Below are positions 1 through 16,132 of a DNA stretch of 64,000 nt, in pieces. A program made the position numbers and the translations under genes. The notes under the pieces are model-generated. The model had not been told where the DNA came from and searched no databases. It worked only from the letters and a program-made list of their open reading frames with translations. The first letter of the stretch is position 1, and each line of letters begins with the position of its first letter. Origin of the DNA: the human T2T-CHM13v2.0 reference genome, Homo sapiens; NCBI RefSeq assembly GCF_009914755.1, contig NC_060944.1. One strand, written 5' to 3'.

Positions 1-1524
1 ATTCCACACAATAAATTAAGAAAATGGCATTTACAATCTTAAAGTATACCACACTATCATTTTTCTCTTAGAGTTCCTTGTTTGTGAGAAAATTTATGGC
101 AAGCTCCCTTCTCTCCTATAACAGTAACATGCTTGCCAATTGTATGGCAGAAAAGTGTACGTTCTTGGAAGGTTTGTGTTTCAATGTTTTGTCCCAGGTC
201 CCACATGTTTAAGGCACATAGTGATATTTACTGACTATGAGCCGCTGTCTCCTACCTCCAAAGTTTATGGGTCACCTGTGCAAGAGAGACAAACACTACA
301 CTACTGGATAGAAACAATGATTAAGGGAGGCAAGAAAAAAATTCATGGAAAAAGAAGTCTCATATATTAAAAAGGGGGGTTACGGTAGGTTTTTAGGTTA
401 ATAGTAGTCATGGTGGTGTTCTTATGCTAGGGCATTGGTTTTCAAACCTTGCCCTACAACCCTAGACCCCACCCTTACCCCCACCACCAGTATGCATGTA
501 AGAGCCAGGCCCAACGCCGGGTTCAACATGAACAGCTCCTCATCCTGTGTGATTTATTGCTCACATTACTGAGCAGGACTTGGTTGGTACTGAGAGATCC
601 CTAAGAAGCAAAATGACACACTAAAGCCATCACCAGAAAAGTCAATGAGCTCCCGGGCCCATCTCAGAAGTTTAGCAACATTGAAGAGTTTCTAAATAGT
701 GGAAGCAGAATTCAAACAAGAGATGTTTCCCTAAAGCAAACTGGAAAACTCAGAAGTAGAGTGTGCCACAACAAAATTTTACATCAAGTCTGTTAGGAAA
801 AGGTACTTACATCTAGAATTTATATTTCTTGCTCTAAATTCTAACTTCCCTTAAATATACTGATACACTATGACAGTACTTAGTTTGATAGGAAATGCTG
901 AACTGGCTGAAATGAATGCTATATTCCTAATCCCTCTTTTAACCACAGCTAGGGAAAGTCTAGCCAATGGATCCACATGGTCATATCTCAGAATGACATA
1001 GTTCTGCTCAAGGCATGTGCCCTTCAAGAATACTTCCTGGCCTGAACTCCCTAAGGAAAGGTTTGATCCACTCCACATCACACTGAATGCAACAGACACT
1101 CAGGACATATTTATTTTTTAATTAGGATGCAGGATGTCTGTATCCCTGGTGGTACAAAACATGCCCAATAGTGAGTAACATGCAATGCCATCCCAATGTC
1201 AGGGCCAGTTTTCTACCTCTGTTTCGCAAGATTTGACTTCACGCAAATCCAGATGCTGCCGCTATCTTAGGGAAGACTTAACAATAACCAGACTTGCTCA
1301 TTCAGGTTGGACAAAGCAAAGTCTGTCTTCTCTGGTAGGTAAGATTAAGAACAGCAGTACGGAAATGCATTAAAAACATTTTATTCCAGAAAAGATGGAT
1401 AATCTTAAAGAGAAATATACTTTTAAGAGGAATATTTGTTTTATAATGCTAATAAATAATTTTATATCTTTGCAATCTCGGGTAGAGAAGTGTTAGTTCC
1501 CCAGATGCCAAGTTTGATGTCACC

Positions 1525-1640
1525 TTTAAGAAGGCTTCTCAAATTTTAATGTGCACACACATCATCAGGAGAATTTGTTTAAATGCAGATTCTGATGGAG
1601 CAATCTGGGAACTATCCAAGACTGTATATCTAACAATATT
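1525..1640. mobile_element. MER5-like hAT-Charlie MITE remnant
   Basis: cttctcaaattttaatgtgcacacacatcatcaggagaatttgtttaaatgcagattctgat resembles the MER5A consensus. Confidence 0.6.
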
Positions 1641-2239
1641 CCACACTATGCTGATGGTCTAACAGCATCCCACCCCAGGGGACCATTATCCACCAAATAC
1701 CTGCCCCATTCATTCTGAAGCAAACTATTTATAGGCACAAATCTGCTGAAGGAGAAACTTAAACTACCTAAGGCTAACATTATGCCAGTATAAAAGATTT
1801 AAGTTCTATCTTGCTCAACTGTCAACTGACAGCATATCACCACTATTATACTACATGGATTTGGTATCTATATTTTAAAATACTGATCTTACACTTTGAA
1901 TAGCAAACAAATCTCACACAAATAAACAAACTGTAAAATAACTTTCCTCAACAATAACAACAGAGAAGTCAAGAAAGGGTATTCTTTTAAGATTATTTTT
2001 GGAAATACTGAGTTTTTATTGACAGACATATGCCAGTACTTTTTGCCCTTATTCTTTGCTATAAAATTCTGGAAATTTTTACACACTTTTTTCCCTAGCC
2101 CAAGTAAGGCATAATGTAAAGTGACTGTCTTCATCAGTCCTACCAGATAAGGATGATTGCTTCTGGTAAATAATCAAATTGTGACTTTCATCCTATTTCA
2201 CTGTCTAACCTTTGAGGGAGGGTTATGTCTCTTTTTTAC

Positions 2240-2405
2240 ATTTCAGTTATTTTAATTAATAAATATTATATATATTTATGGTATATAGCATGATGTTTTG
2301 ATATAGGCATAGATTGTAGAATGGCAGAAATCAAGCTAATTAACATATACATTACCTCACATAATCATTTATTTCTGGCGAGAATGCTTACAATCTACTC
2401 TCTTA
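2240..2405 (-). mobile_element. Old L1 (L1MA-like) 3' UTR fragment
   Basis: tatatatttatggtatatagcatgatgttttgatata...aatcaagctaattaacatatacattacctcacat is the reverse of an L1MA 3' end. Confidence 0.7.
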
Positions 2406-3417
2406 AGGGTATTTTTCATTAGCTCTTTTTTATAAACTCCAACTGCTGATACTACCCATGCATTCTGTAAAACAGAATTTTATAGAGGGAATAAGTAACG
2501 TATACACAATGCTATGCATTATCTGTAAAGTAATTTTCCTAGCATTTCAATCAGGATATTGTGAACCATGAGAACTGTTATACCTAACCAAACTCCTGTA
2601 GAAAGATACAAAAACTGATGTCAGTATAACTGGATTATACATACATGGATTTACTGTAACTTCGTTTTCAAAACTGAAAAGTCATGCAAATAATAAAGAA
2701 TCCTGTTCCAAATTAAGCTAAATATTCCTAAGAGCCTGTAACACCTAAAAAAAATCAGAATTACTTCATAAATATTCAAGAATTAGTTCATAGGCTTCAC
2801 ATACTGCAAAGCAAATTTAAGGATGATGAAGTAATATTTAAGCATTTTTATGAAGTGCAGATAAATTAGGTGAAAGACAAACATTGGTATTTTGGCCATA
2901 ATAATTTCACAGAGCTCGTTTGTACAGGAATGAAATCTTAGAAAGGTTAAAAAACATACAATGACTGTTACTATATAGAGCTACTATTACACTCTTACAC
3001 TCTATAAATACTTAAAAAATATATGCACTACACAGATACACATATACCTATTGTCCTTGACTAAAACATGCTATTTGTATTACTTTTTTGATAAAATTGT
3101 AACTAAAAAGCAACTGTATAAAACTATAGTCCTCTTCAAAATAAGCATGTATATAAAGTTAGCATAGAGGTTACATGTGTTAAAGAAAACACTGAAATAA
3201 AACTTTCTTGAAGTAACCAATAAATAAGCAGTCCCTGTTTTCTCTGTTCCAAATTAGAGATGGTTATTATATAGTTATTATAAGAATTAAAGTAACAGAT
3301 GTAAACTACTTTAAAATGAATAAATCCCTTCATACAAAGTTAAGGCACTTCCCACCAGAAAATTAAGCTTCTAATCTGCACTCTCTGAAATCTGCCAAGA
3401 GACACCATCTATCAGTC

Positions 3418-3788
<371 letters not shown>

Positions 3789-4171
3789 TAAAAAATAAGA
3801 ATATATCTTAAATGTATAAGTGCATTCTAAAATAGGTCTATTATGGGATTATCTTAATATAATGATAAAGACACAAATGCATTCTTTGAAAACATACCAA
3901 GCCCTCCTCGTATACCTCTGTCAGGTTTGAGAGCAGCATTATAACTGGCATGAGCTTCCACTTGAGAAATGCAGATGACTTATACCCTAACATGACAGTA
4001 CAATAATGCCATCATAAAGCTTTCACATCTCTGAGTATCCTAAACACAGAGAGATGGCTCCAGCTACAGGACATCTAGACCTAGCTCTATATCTCTCACA
4101 AATCAGCCATCCAACAGCAGGGCCACTGTGGGCTACAGTTTATCAACTATGTGTAAACAAAGTATAATCTA

Positions 4172-4491
<320 letters not shown>

Positions 4492-4773
4492 CTACTCTCA
4501 CCTATGTGGACTGCATGAAACCAGCAAAAATCTGAACATAGGAACACTCAATGATATTATCTTCCCTCTTTAGAAAATCATCTTCTGATGCCCAATACTA
4601 TTAATGATGTTTCTTATAAACTATAGTCAAGATGTCTATTCTTAAGTAATCTTTTATTTTCTTTGTTTAATAGGTATGAATTAAATGGCTTTGCAACACT
4701 ATACAAATTGGTACCAAATATATTTATAGAGCAAGAGGAAAAAAATGTATACCATATAAAAATCTAAACAGAG

Positions 4774-4990
4774 TGGTCAACATAGCAGACCCTGCCTCTA
4801 CAAAAAATAAAAAACCCAGCCAGGCATGGTGGCACACACCTGTAGTCTGAGCTACTCAGGAGGCTGAGGCTGGAAGATAACCTGTGCCCAGGAGTGCAAG
4901 GCTATAGTGAGCAATCGTCACACCACTGCACTCCAGTCAGGACAACAGAGTAAGACACTATCTCTAAACAAGCAAAAAAATAAACAATAA
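4774..4990 (+). mobile_element. 5'-truncated AluJ-like element
   Basis: Middle A-rich linker, diverged right arm and A tail. Confidence 0.85.
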
Positions 4991-5754
4991 AATCTTTATA
5001 CTATTTATTTCCTAAATCACTTGACAAAAATTAACAGAAGCATTTTCAGGTTAAAATAAAAATAACGTGTTTGAACCATGCTTTTAAGGGGATTTAACAT
5101 ATCTGGGTTAGAGGAATTAAATTCATACCATAAAAAAGATTACTTAAAAATTCCAAACCCTCAAAGATAGCAAAGGACGATGTTTTCTAACTGGTAGAAT
5201 TCCTATACAATGTTCTGGGGTTTGCAACATTAAAGGTGGAAAAGGCAACAGTTTTCATCTTGGTTTTTAAGATAATCTTTTAAATAATGAATTGGAAGCT
5301 TTTCTCTTTAAAATGGAACAGTTTGAAGGGCCTCAGAGTGCATGTTGAATGAGTGTGTGTAAGTGATGGTAGAGATCACACGAACATACTCATGGCTTAA
5401 ATTATTACACAGCTAAACAGTAAATACTATCACAAAAGTAGTTTTATGCAGCTTTAAATCATTTCTATTCTCACTCATACGCAGTTTAATTAATATCATT
5501 TAACTTATACCCATAGTGAACCACTGGTTAAAGATTGAGAACCTGGGATATGCTGAACTTGAAATAAAAATTACAGCAAGTTCCTTAAGATGACATTAAG
5601 TAGGTCATTAAACTGCATTCATCCTATCAAAATACTTACAGAACACATCTCAAGGACTTCAAATATTAAATATTTAATGATAAGTATGTCCAATTTGGCT
5701 TATTTGTCTGAAATGAATATTAATCACAATTTTATAATTCTAAATCAAAATTTA

Positions 5755-6300
5755 TAAGTTCTACATTAAATATAAACCTACCTATGACCCAACAATGAAA
5801 TTCTTAAGTATTTACCAAAGAGAAATCAAAATGTATACCACAAAAAGACTTGTCAAGGGTGTTCATGGCACCTTTATTTGCAATAGCCAAAACCTGGGAA
5901 CAATCCAAATGTCTATCAACAGGGGAATGGGTAAACGAATCATGATATTGTCAATACTGGAAGATTGCTGAGCAATAAAAAGGAGCCCATGCTATATGTA
6001 ACAATATGAATAATCTTTCAGACATATGCTGAGCAAAAGAAGCTGGACACAAAAGAACATATAGACTCCATTTTAACGAACAAGTAAAACTATGGTGAAA
6101 AAGAATCAGAAAATTGTTATCTTCATTGGGGAGGACACCACCTATGAAGGGGCACAAGAAAACTTTCTGGAGTCATGGAAATATTCTATATTTTGATAGG
6201 AGTATTGGTTACATGGTTATATACACATGTTAAAATTCATCGAATTATACACTCAAGATGCATGCATTTTACTGTGTGTAAATTTTACCTGTAAAAAAGG
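5755..6300 (+). mobile_element. Old L1M 3' end fragment
   Basis: cctatgacccaacaat...ttatttgcaatagccaaaacctgggaacaatccaaatgtctatcaacagggg is typical of L1M ORF2 end/3' UTR. Confidence 0.8.
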
Positions 6301-6879
6301 CAAAAAAAAATCAATAGCAATGTACTATCTTAAAAAACAAAACCAAACATTCAAAACATCAGATCATGAACAAATTTTTCAACTTTTTCCTATTGGCATA
6401 AGGCATATTTAATACACATTTGGTTGTAACTATAAGAAAAAAGGGAAAACCTGAAAAATATGAATGAGATATTAAGAGACATGGCTCAAAGTCTAATCTG
6501 TGGTTAACTATAGAGAATAGACAAAATAAAAGAGAGAAAATATTTAAAGACAAAATGGCTCAAATTTTCCAGCACTGATAGAAAACAAGAATCCTGATCT
6601 CCAGGAAGCCAGAGAAAAAGGGAAAAAGCCAGATAGAAAAGAGATGTCACCTACAACAGAATGACAGCCAAATTCCTGGAAGCTCAGTAGGCCAGAAGGC
6701 TATAATTGGTTGGTATAATATCCTCAAAGAAAAGCAACTATAAACTTACAAATGGTATTCAACAAAACTGCCTTTTAGGAACAAAATTAAAGACATTTAT
6801 CAATATATAAATAAATCCAATGAGTTCACTGCCAGGAGGACTGCATTTAATAAAGTCCGTAAGGGGCATTCTACTTAAC

Positions 6880-8460
<1,581 letters not shown>

Positions 8461-8733
8461 TACTTGAATGAATTCAATCTGATTGGCAATCACTTTCTCT
8501 GTGTATCACCTAAATCTCAGCAAAAGCCCATCCCTCCAGCCTTGTCCTCCAACACTAGCCTCATCTCTCTCAAGTAATAACAGACGCTAGCATCTCTGCC
8601 TCACTTGTACTTCATACAGTGCAAATGTCACTTTCCACCCCTACCCTCATCCCCACCCCACCCACACCACACATTAAAGTACTACATATCTTCAAGTGAT
8701 GCAGGCTCAAATAATTCCAGAAAAAGATTTCTT

Positions 8734-9021
8734 GGCCACGCACAGTGGCTCACGCCTGTAATCCCTACACTTTGGGAGGCCAAGGCAGGCAGATTACTTG
8801 AGGTCAGGAGTTCAAGATCAGTCTGGCCAACATGGAGAAACCCCATCTCTACTAAAAATATTTTAAAAAATAGCCAGGCACAATGGCATGCACCTGTAGC
8901 CCAGCTACTCAGAAGGCTGAGGCAAGAGAATAGCCTGAACCTTGGAGGTGGAGGCTAGAGTGAGCCGAGATTGCGCCACTGCACTCCAGCCTGGGTGACC
9001 CAGCGAGACTCCATCTCAAAA
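8734..9021 (+). mobile_element. AluS, full length
   Basis: Alu body with TSD aaagatttctt on both sides. Confidence 0.95.
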
Positions 9022-12000
9022 ACAAAGATTTCTTGAATCACTTCCCGACCAAACAGGAGGCCCTTGCGCCTTTCAACCTCTAATACACACATTTCTCCAC
9101 AATACAAGAAGACCATAGGCTGGCTTGTTACAGGATCTTTATTGGCTTATCTTGCCCCTCATGCATCTATAAGCAACAAAGTATCATAAAATTAATATTC
9201 TTTAATTGAATCTCATCAATAACTCAAACTTTGTTCCTTCTGAAACTGCATCTTGCTCAATTTGGACATGTGATCCAAACTCAGCTTATCTAAAGCAGTT
9301 TTCTATTACCTAACATTTCTGATTATTTCATATTTAGATCTTCCCTAATGTACCATTTTGCACATCACTCTTAAATGAGTTTGTTCCCAAAAGCACATCC
9401 TTTAACAACTGCCGTGAAATATTTGGCTGGTCCCCATAATAACCAAACCAAAATCCACACCCATTTCTCGTAATATGGGAGTAATCCTTATTTCTGGAAG
9501 TTTTGCGTGCCCTTTAGTCTATTGTTCAAAACAAACTTCTAAGACTAAAACCATCGAACATTAAGCCTCTCACTTTATCTGTAAAAAAATTGTATTTCTT
9601 GATATTGGTCCCATATTGCTATATTCAGTGTTTCCTTTTTGAAAAAATTCTTTACTGCCCTCCCATCCTATGAGGTCATTTGGTACTGGATCACACTTTT
9701 CTCATTTTTTACTAATTCAGTTCTATTTTACTCCAAAGTTTCTTGATTTCCTAAAAGTGAGAACAAGCAATGCCCATACTACACTTTAGCTCTAACTTTG
9801 TTTTTCCCACTGGAGAGCTGGTCATCCTTCACTGTAATCAGTCACCACTGTCTGGGAAATATATTCAAGAGAGAAGAAGAGAACCAAGATCATTTGGTAG
9901 TTTTACTTCATAGAGGCATGTGTATCATAGTATTAATACTTCAAAGACAGAAACAACACAACATGCTACTAACATACCGACTAATAGGATATGAATTCAT
10001 TACTGGGCAGATTTAAAAATACAAAGCTAGACAAGCTAAGACCTTGCTAATTATTAATAAATAGCAAAGAAATCTCCTTTATAAATGCAGGCAACCTTTT
10101 CCAATTTAGTTGTCCAATTTGGCTCTTTCCAAAAACACCTAGCTATGGTCTGGACCTCTGGTCTTTCTTTCATTTTAGGGCACATATTTATCTTCTCTGG
10201 ATAAAATTACACTTTCTCTTTTAAATACGAGAGCTCTGCCAGCCTTTAAACTGAGTCTTATAGCAGTGGGGAGTAACAGATAAAGGACTGGAAGGTAACA
10301 TGGACAATCTGGATTCTATTCCTGTCAATGAAACACCATAACAGTTGGGATGGGCCACTTAACTTGGATTTAAATTCAACCCTTTCCAGACTGTAGAAAA
10401 ATATTTAATGTTGACTTAATACAGTAATAAGTTACCTTATTTAACATGAGATTTTTTAAGTACAGCGTATCTATGCATATCACCAAATGGCCATATAATT
10501 ATGAATATACCCACAAAAATAGAAACTGTTATTCAAAATCATAAATACATGACGATTAAAGATAAGCATATTGAAAAGCAAAAAGAAAGAAATAGTACCT
10601 ATATACTCTTTATCCTTTCGTTCCTCAATAGATCTTATTAGAAAGTAAAGAACTGAGAGAGTAGGAAAGGAGTTAAGTATATTCTAGGATATAAAATATA
10701 ACCTAAATTATGATAGTGCCATATCCTAGAAAATCGAATGTCATTCAAATTAATCTCAGTGATGTTTTCAGAGACTCTAAATACCCAAAGCCTGTGTTTA
10801 GTTCAAATAGCCACAAGGATGGGCCATTCATACATATTTCAAAATATTCCCCTCATTTGGTCAGAAGTACGATAATACAAATAAAAGTAGCATGATATTC
10901 AGGGGGACTCTAGCTATGGTCATAATTCCTCTATGGCCTATTTTACTTTGCTAAATTCTGCAGACAGTTTAACTTTATCAACTGACATTCCCCCACCAGG
11001 AATTACAAGCTGCAAAAACCAGCGTTTGGTTTGACCAGCAAAGTGTAGTTTGGTGTTACACATTTTTTTTTTTAAATATCTTACAATGGAACACACATGG
11101 CCAGTCAGCCCCACTCTCTTCTACTTGTCTACCTCTCTAGACCTGTCTCACACATTTAGGCTGCCTACCTGCCTGGCACCCCTGGCTTCTGAGTTTGAAA
11201 CCACTGTCCTGCAGAAAACCTACGGTGCAACCAAACTCATCCATTTGCAGGCCTCTGAACCCAGGACTTTTATCTTTCTTTCTACCCAGACATATAAGTC
11301 TGACCCTTTATCCAACATCCAGCTTAAATTCCTCCAATTCCATTAAGGCTGCCATGTGAAACTTAGCAGAGCTTAGAGTGATTTCTCCATCCAGTTAATT
11401 CCTGTGGCTCTCACTGATGATTTTGTTCTTCTAACACATACCAAATGGCATGATTTCTTTTTATTGTTTAATTCCTTCGGATCAAATACATAAAGGGCAG
11501 GGACTAGGTGCCATATCCTCTATTCATTCTCTAAGATCTATTTAAAAGCCTGTACATAAATAGCATTCAATAAATGTTTGCTGGTGATAATGTTGAGGCC
11601 AAAAGTTAAAAAAAAAAAGGACTGGAAAAGAAAAATTAAAGACTGCAAGAAGCCATGACTTCTGGTGGAAAAAACACCAATCAAAGCCCATGCACTTCTC
11701 CAAATGACTAGCTGGTAGTTCCTCAAGCTACACAAACTGATGAAGCAGTGAAAATAGAGCACTGCCTGTTTCTTGGGCTAATAATCCAAAAAGGATATTT
11801 TACAAACCTCAACACTTCTTCACAGAAAAGACAACAATGCTTACAAAATAAAAATGCTCTTAGCACAGCCAAAAAAAGGCACAATCACAAGCTTCATAAA
11901 CTTGTCTGAGCTCACAAGGCAATTCATATTTCCATTCTGTAAGTCCCCTAGCCCCCCTGGAAAATCACACATCCAAAATAAACATGTGCTACAAAATAGA

Positions 12001-12136
12001 TAGGAATTCTTGTTGTGATGAGGGTCCATTCTTTTTCTTGGCGGTGTGGGGAAGACATGGTCTAGAAGTTCATTTGTAAACAGGCAGTTTTACCTGCATT
12101 AACAGGAAAGGCACTTGGTCAAGTTTCTCTAGATGA

Positions 12137-12167
12137 GCACGCCCCCTTGTGGGCACTTCCTGACTCA
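12137..12167 (-). promoter_or_regulatory. Candidate CTCF site with adjacent ETS and AP-1 motifs
   Basis: The minus strand reads TGAGTCA-GGAAGTG-CCCACAAGGGGGCGTGC. This is a close match to the CTCF core CCASYAGRKGGCRS plus exact AP-1 and ETS cores. Motif match only. Confidence 0.5.
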
Positions 12168-13029
12168 CCTCTTTGGAATGGCCAGTGGAGATTGTGGGCT
12201 GTTTCAAGCTATTATTTTTCAACATTCATTTCCCTCCCTTACTTACATATTATCTTACATCTCTATAATGTTGAGTGAGCATAATAATATTATTTGGTAA
12301 TACTTCAGATAACCTATCCCTTTTATTTCCCCAAATACAAGCTTATTGTTAAAACAAGCTTAGTTTTTAGACTAATGCATGTTTGAAGCCCTTAAATAAA
12401 AGATTTTAAACCTATTGGAAGACTGCAAAATTTACTATTAAGAGGAAATATCATTATATGGGTTTTCTCTTTCAAAATTAATATTCAAATCATCAGCTGT
12501 AGATGCTTAAATTAGTAATGTCAACTGAGTAAAGGCACTATTTCTAGAGACTGTGATAAGGATAAAGTAACAAAATGCTCACGCTTCTATGGACATACAC
12601 AAACAAAATAACCACATACACCAACCTCAAAATGGCAAATGTGTAAAGCAGATAATTCAATTCAATTAACACTTATTAAGTACCTATCATCTGTGCCAAC
12701 TAGAAGAAAGAAATTTGATCTGCATGGCATTGGAGCTAGCTCATAAAGGAAGAGTTGAATTAGAATTTTCAGGAAGCAAAGAAGTAGTTAATATTCCATT
12801 ATTAATTACTGCTTATCCCATTAAGGGAAGGAATATGAACAAAAACTTGGATTTGAGAACTCTCAGCAAATAAAACTGAAAAGAGAAATATATTTGGTGA
12901 GAAAAAAAGGTAATTCCAGAAGGAAGATAATGGAAAAGTAGCTTGTAGCTAGGTTTCAAGAGGGTTTATAAAATTCAGCTTAAAAGTTTGGGTTTTAACC
13001 CACAGACAGTAAAGATTCTATTAAAGTTT

Positions 13030-13860
13030 CTTCCAGGAGAGAGACAAAACCAATGCAGGTATTTTTAGGGAAATGTATCTTCTGATAGCACACAGAATTA
13101 AAACGGAATAGAGCAGGACTAGAGGCAAAGAAGCCAGGCATGAAGATACTGCAACAGTCCAGCCACTGAGGGTGAAAAGACAAAGGCTCACTGGTAGTAT
13201 GTCTACTAAAAAGAAACAAGAAAAAAAAAAGTAGTGCATGTATTCATTAAATGTTTATTGAGCATTTATTATATGTCAAGCTGAGAAACCATGGTAAATA
13301 AGACATACAATAGCTGTCCTCCTGGAACCTCATTCTACTGGAAGATAAAGACATCAAATAACCACACTAATAATGACAGAGAGACAATTGGAGCAGCACA
13401 ATAGCTTAAAGAGAGAGAAGAAGGAAGGAGACAGGCAACATTCCCTGGATCTGGAATCACAGGTGTGAAGACCTTGACACAGGAAGAATCTTGACAATGT
13501 GACCCGGAGTGAGATGGCAAAAGATTGGAAAGACAGACAGCCATGTCTGCTCCCATAGGGTCCTGGGGACTCTGTTGGGGAGCCTATACTTTATTCTTAA
13601 GAGCAGCTGGAAGTGAGTTAAGGGTTCAAGCAGGAGCATGACAAAATCAAACTGTACTTTTAGAAAACTTCAAGAATGCTGGGCAGAGAAATGACTGAAA
13701 GGGCAGGGCAGTTGTGGGCAGATAGGTAGGAAGCTAGTGCAATCATCCAGGAGAGTGAGTGGAGCATGATTCTAAACATGCTGAGTTAGACTGTGATGGG
13801 TCAAACAAGTGAAAATGTGTAATAGGCAGGAGAAAACAGGCAACTGGAACAGGTTGGGAC
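13030..13860 (-). mobile_element. L2 fragments
   Basis: cattaaatgtttattgagcatttattatatgtcaag (reverse L2 3' end) and gagtgagttaagggttcaagcaggagcatgacaaaatcaaact. Confidence 0.65.
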
Positions 13861-14259
13861 ATAAAAAAAAGGAAATGGAAAAATACATATAGATTCATCC
13901 ATTCAAATAAACCTTCATTAAATAGCTGCTAATGTGTCAGGTCCTCTGCTGGGCAGGGGAACATAAAGAGCAAGGAGCCTGACTTGAGAGAACTGGCTGC
14001 CTGGTGAAGGTTTGACTGTGAACAATGAAAGTGACCCTGAGGCAAATCCTGGAAGCAAAGAGGAAGAGCTGCAACTCCAAGAAGGGAGTTCTAGACTACC
14101 TGGAGGAAAACTAAATGAGTGATGCTGGACATGAAGTCATTAACTGAATTCAATCATATAATCCCAGTTCATCTAAAATGTTCCATGTTTATTTATGCAA
14201 TGGGTGCTTTTCTAAGCCCACTGTGACATATTAGGAAGAACAAGCAATGATCTCAAATA

Positions 14260-14385
14260 CCGGCCCAATAGCTTACCCATTCCTGCAGATTATGATTCGG
14301 TATGTTTAAAGCAGAACCTAAGAATCTGTAGTTTTAAAAGTCCCCAGATGAATCTAATGATCAGCCAGGTTTAGGATCCACTAGA
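14260..14385. mobile_element. MER5A-like MITE remnant
   Basis: aagaatctgtagttttaaaagtccccagatgaatctaatgatcagccaggtttaggatccactag. Confidence 0.7.
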
Positions 14386-14845
14386 ATAAAGAATTCCTTA
14401 ATAAGAGAATCAAGGAAGTTTGGACATACTCCATGTTGACAATGAATATGTATTAAGAGTATTACACCAAGCTAAAAAAGACCATGGTAATTACCTAGTT
14501 CAACATGCTGACTTAACTGCTGAGGAAACTAAAGTCTAGAGAGGTTCCATGTTTGCCCAAAGTCTCTGGACTGGCTTATAATAGATCTAGATACAACTCT
14601 TGACCCTTTATACACTGTCTCTCACCTTACCCTATTCCCTCCACTCCTCAAGTAATTCCAGTCTCAAGTCTTGAATTTCAAATAGTTCCTGGGACCCGAC
14701 TATGTATTTAAAATATTCTAAGCTGATTAGAGAAGACACAGCTGAACCAAGGCTTTAAAAAGTTACAGATAATTTTCCATCAACCTAATTAAGCACTGGT
14801 TATTTCTTGTCTTGTGATCTTAAAATACCCTTGTACTTGTAATAG

Positions 14846-14884
14846 GTGTGTGTGTGTGTGTATGTGTGTGTGTGTACACACACA
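14846..14884. repeat. (GT)n microsatellite turning into (AC)n
   Basis: gtgtgtgtgtgtgtgtatgtgtgtgtgtgtacacacaca. Confidence 0.95.
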
Positions 14885-15561
14885 TTTGGTTTTTTTAATG
14901 CACTCATTTATTCTGCTGTCTTATTAGCTATACATGTGTCAGCATCACCATGTCTATGATAGGGCAAATCAGGTCATTGGTGTATGGTGATAGCATATGA
15001 TATCACATGGAGACATATTTAAACTTGGAATGTGATGTTCTTAACACCAGCATCTAAGCCAATTTCCAGATATGAAGGCTTCTATCTGTAGTCCCAGTGA
15101 GATTCCATTCACTGGAGATATTTCCTGATAGGAAAGCTACAAGGTGGTGACTTGATATTATACACAAGATCAGCTGGGACTATTCCAATGATAACATTAA
15201 GAAATGTTCCTTTTTTCCCTCTCCATTGATTCCGTTAAATACTACAAATTTTAAGTCTCTACAGAGCTATTAAATACTCAAAATTTAGGAAGAATTTACA
15301 AGGCCGACAATATCTGATGTCAACTTATAACAAATATTCTGACAAACCACAGGTTACTTCCGTTACAAAACAAAAACAGTAGTTAAGATTTCTTAACATT
15401 GCCTTCTTGCCTCAATTTCATCTTACTTATAACTTTAAGACTTCATATAGATTTAAGGTATAGCTTGGTGTGGATTTAAGGACGACCTGGGAAGAAACTC
15501 AATCTCCTAGGTATTGAATCTTTATATGCTAAGTTAGAAGCTTTTCCTAAATATGGAATAT

Positions 15562-15562
<1 letters not shown>

Positions 15563-15608
<46 letters not shown>
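15563..15608. repeat. (CA)n microsatellite
   Basis: tacacacatacacacaca..., about 20 CA units. Confidence 0.95.
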
Positions 15609-15611
<3 letters not shown>

Positions 15612-16132
15612 ACACTGCAATTGTCCAGTCATCAAAGGTCGAAAGTTTTAGACTCAGATATTGATGATTGGCATAAAGTACTATAAGCTATAAACATTTA
15701 GAAGATCCTCATATACTGAAAACAAATGCCAATCATCAGGCTTTATAACCTAAATAAATGTATGGGATGGGGGTGATCCAATAAGACATTAATTAAGTTA
15801 CTGACCTATCTACTGATTTACATGTAAAATCTGTAGGCTCATCCAGTAATCAAGATAGTCTTATGTGAGGCAAATGTAATTTTCAGTATATTACCTACAA
15901 CTAAAAAAAAAATTTCAAATACCAGACAATCATTTCACAGAATGAGTTTTCGGTTTTATTTTTAAAAAATACATAAAGTAATCTCTTTATGTAAAAGATA
16001 AGTCAAAGAAGTTTCCTACTTTGGTTTACTCATATATTCATATACTAATCAACTTCTTGAGCAATATGACAAAACTCCAGACCATGCAAAGTCAATTTCT
16101 AGAGAAGACTAATTACTCCTTTTCCTGCACTC

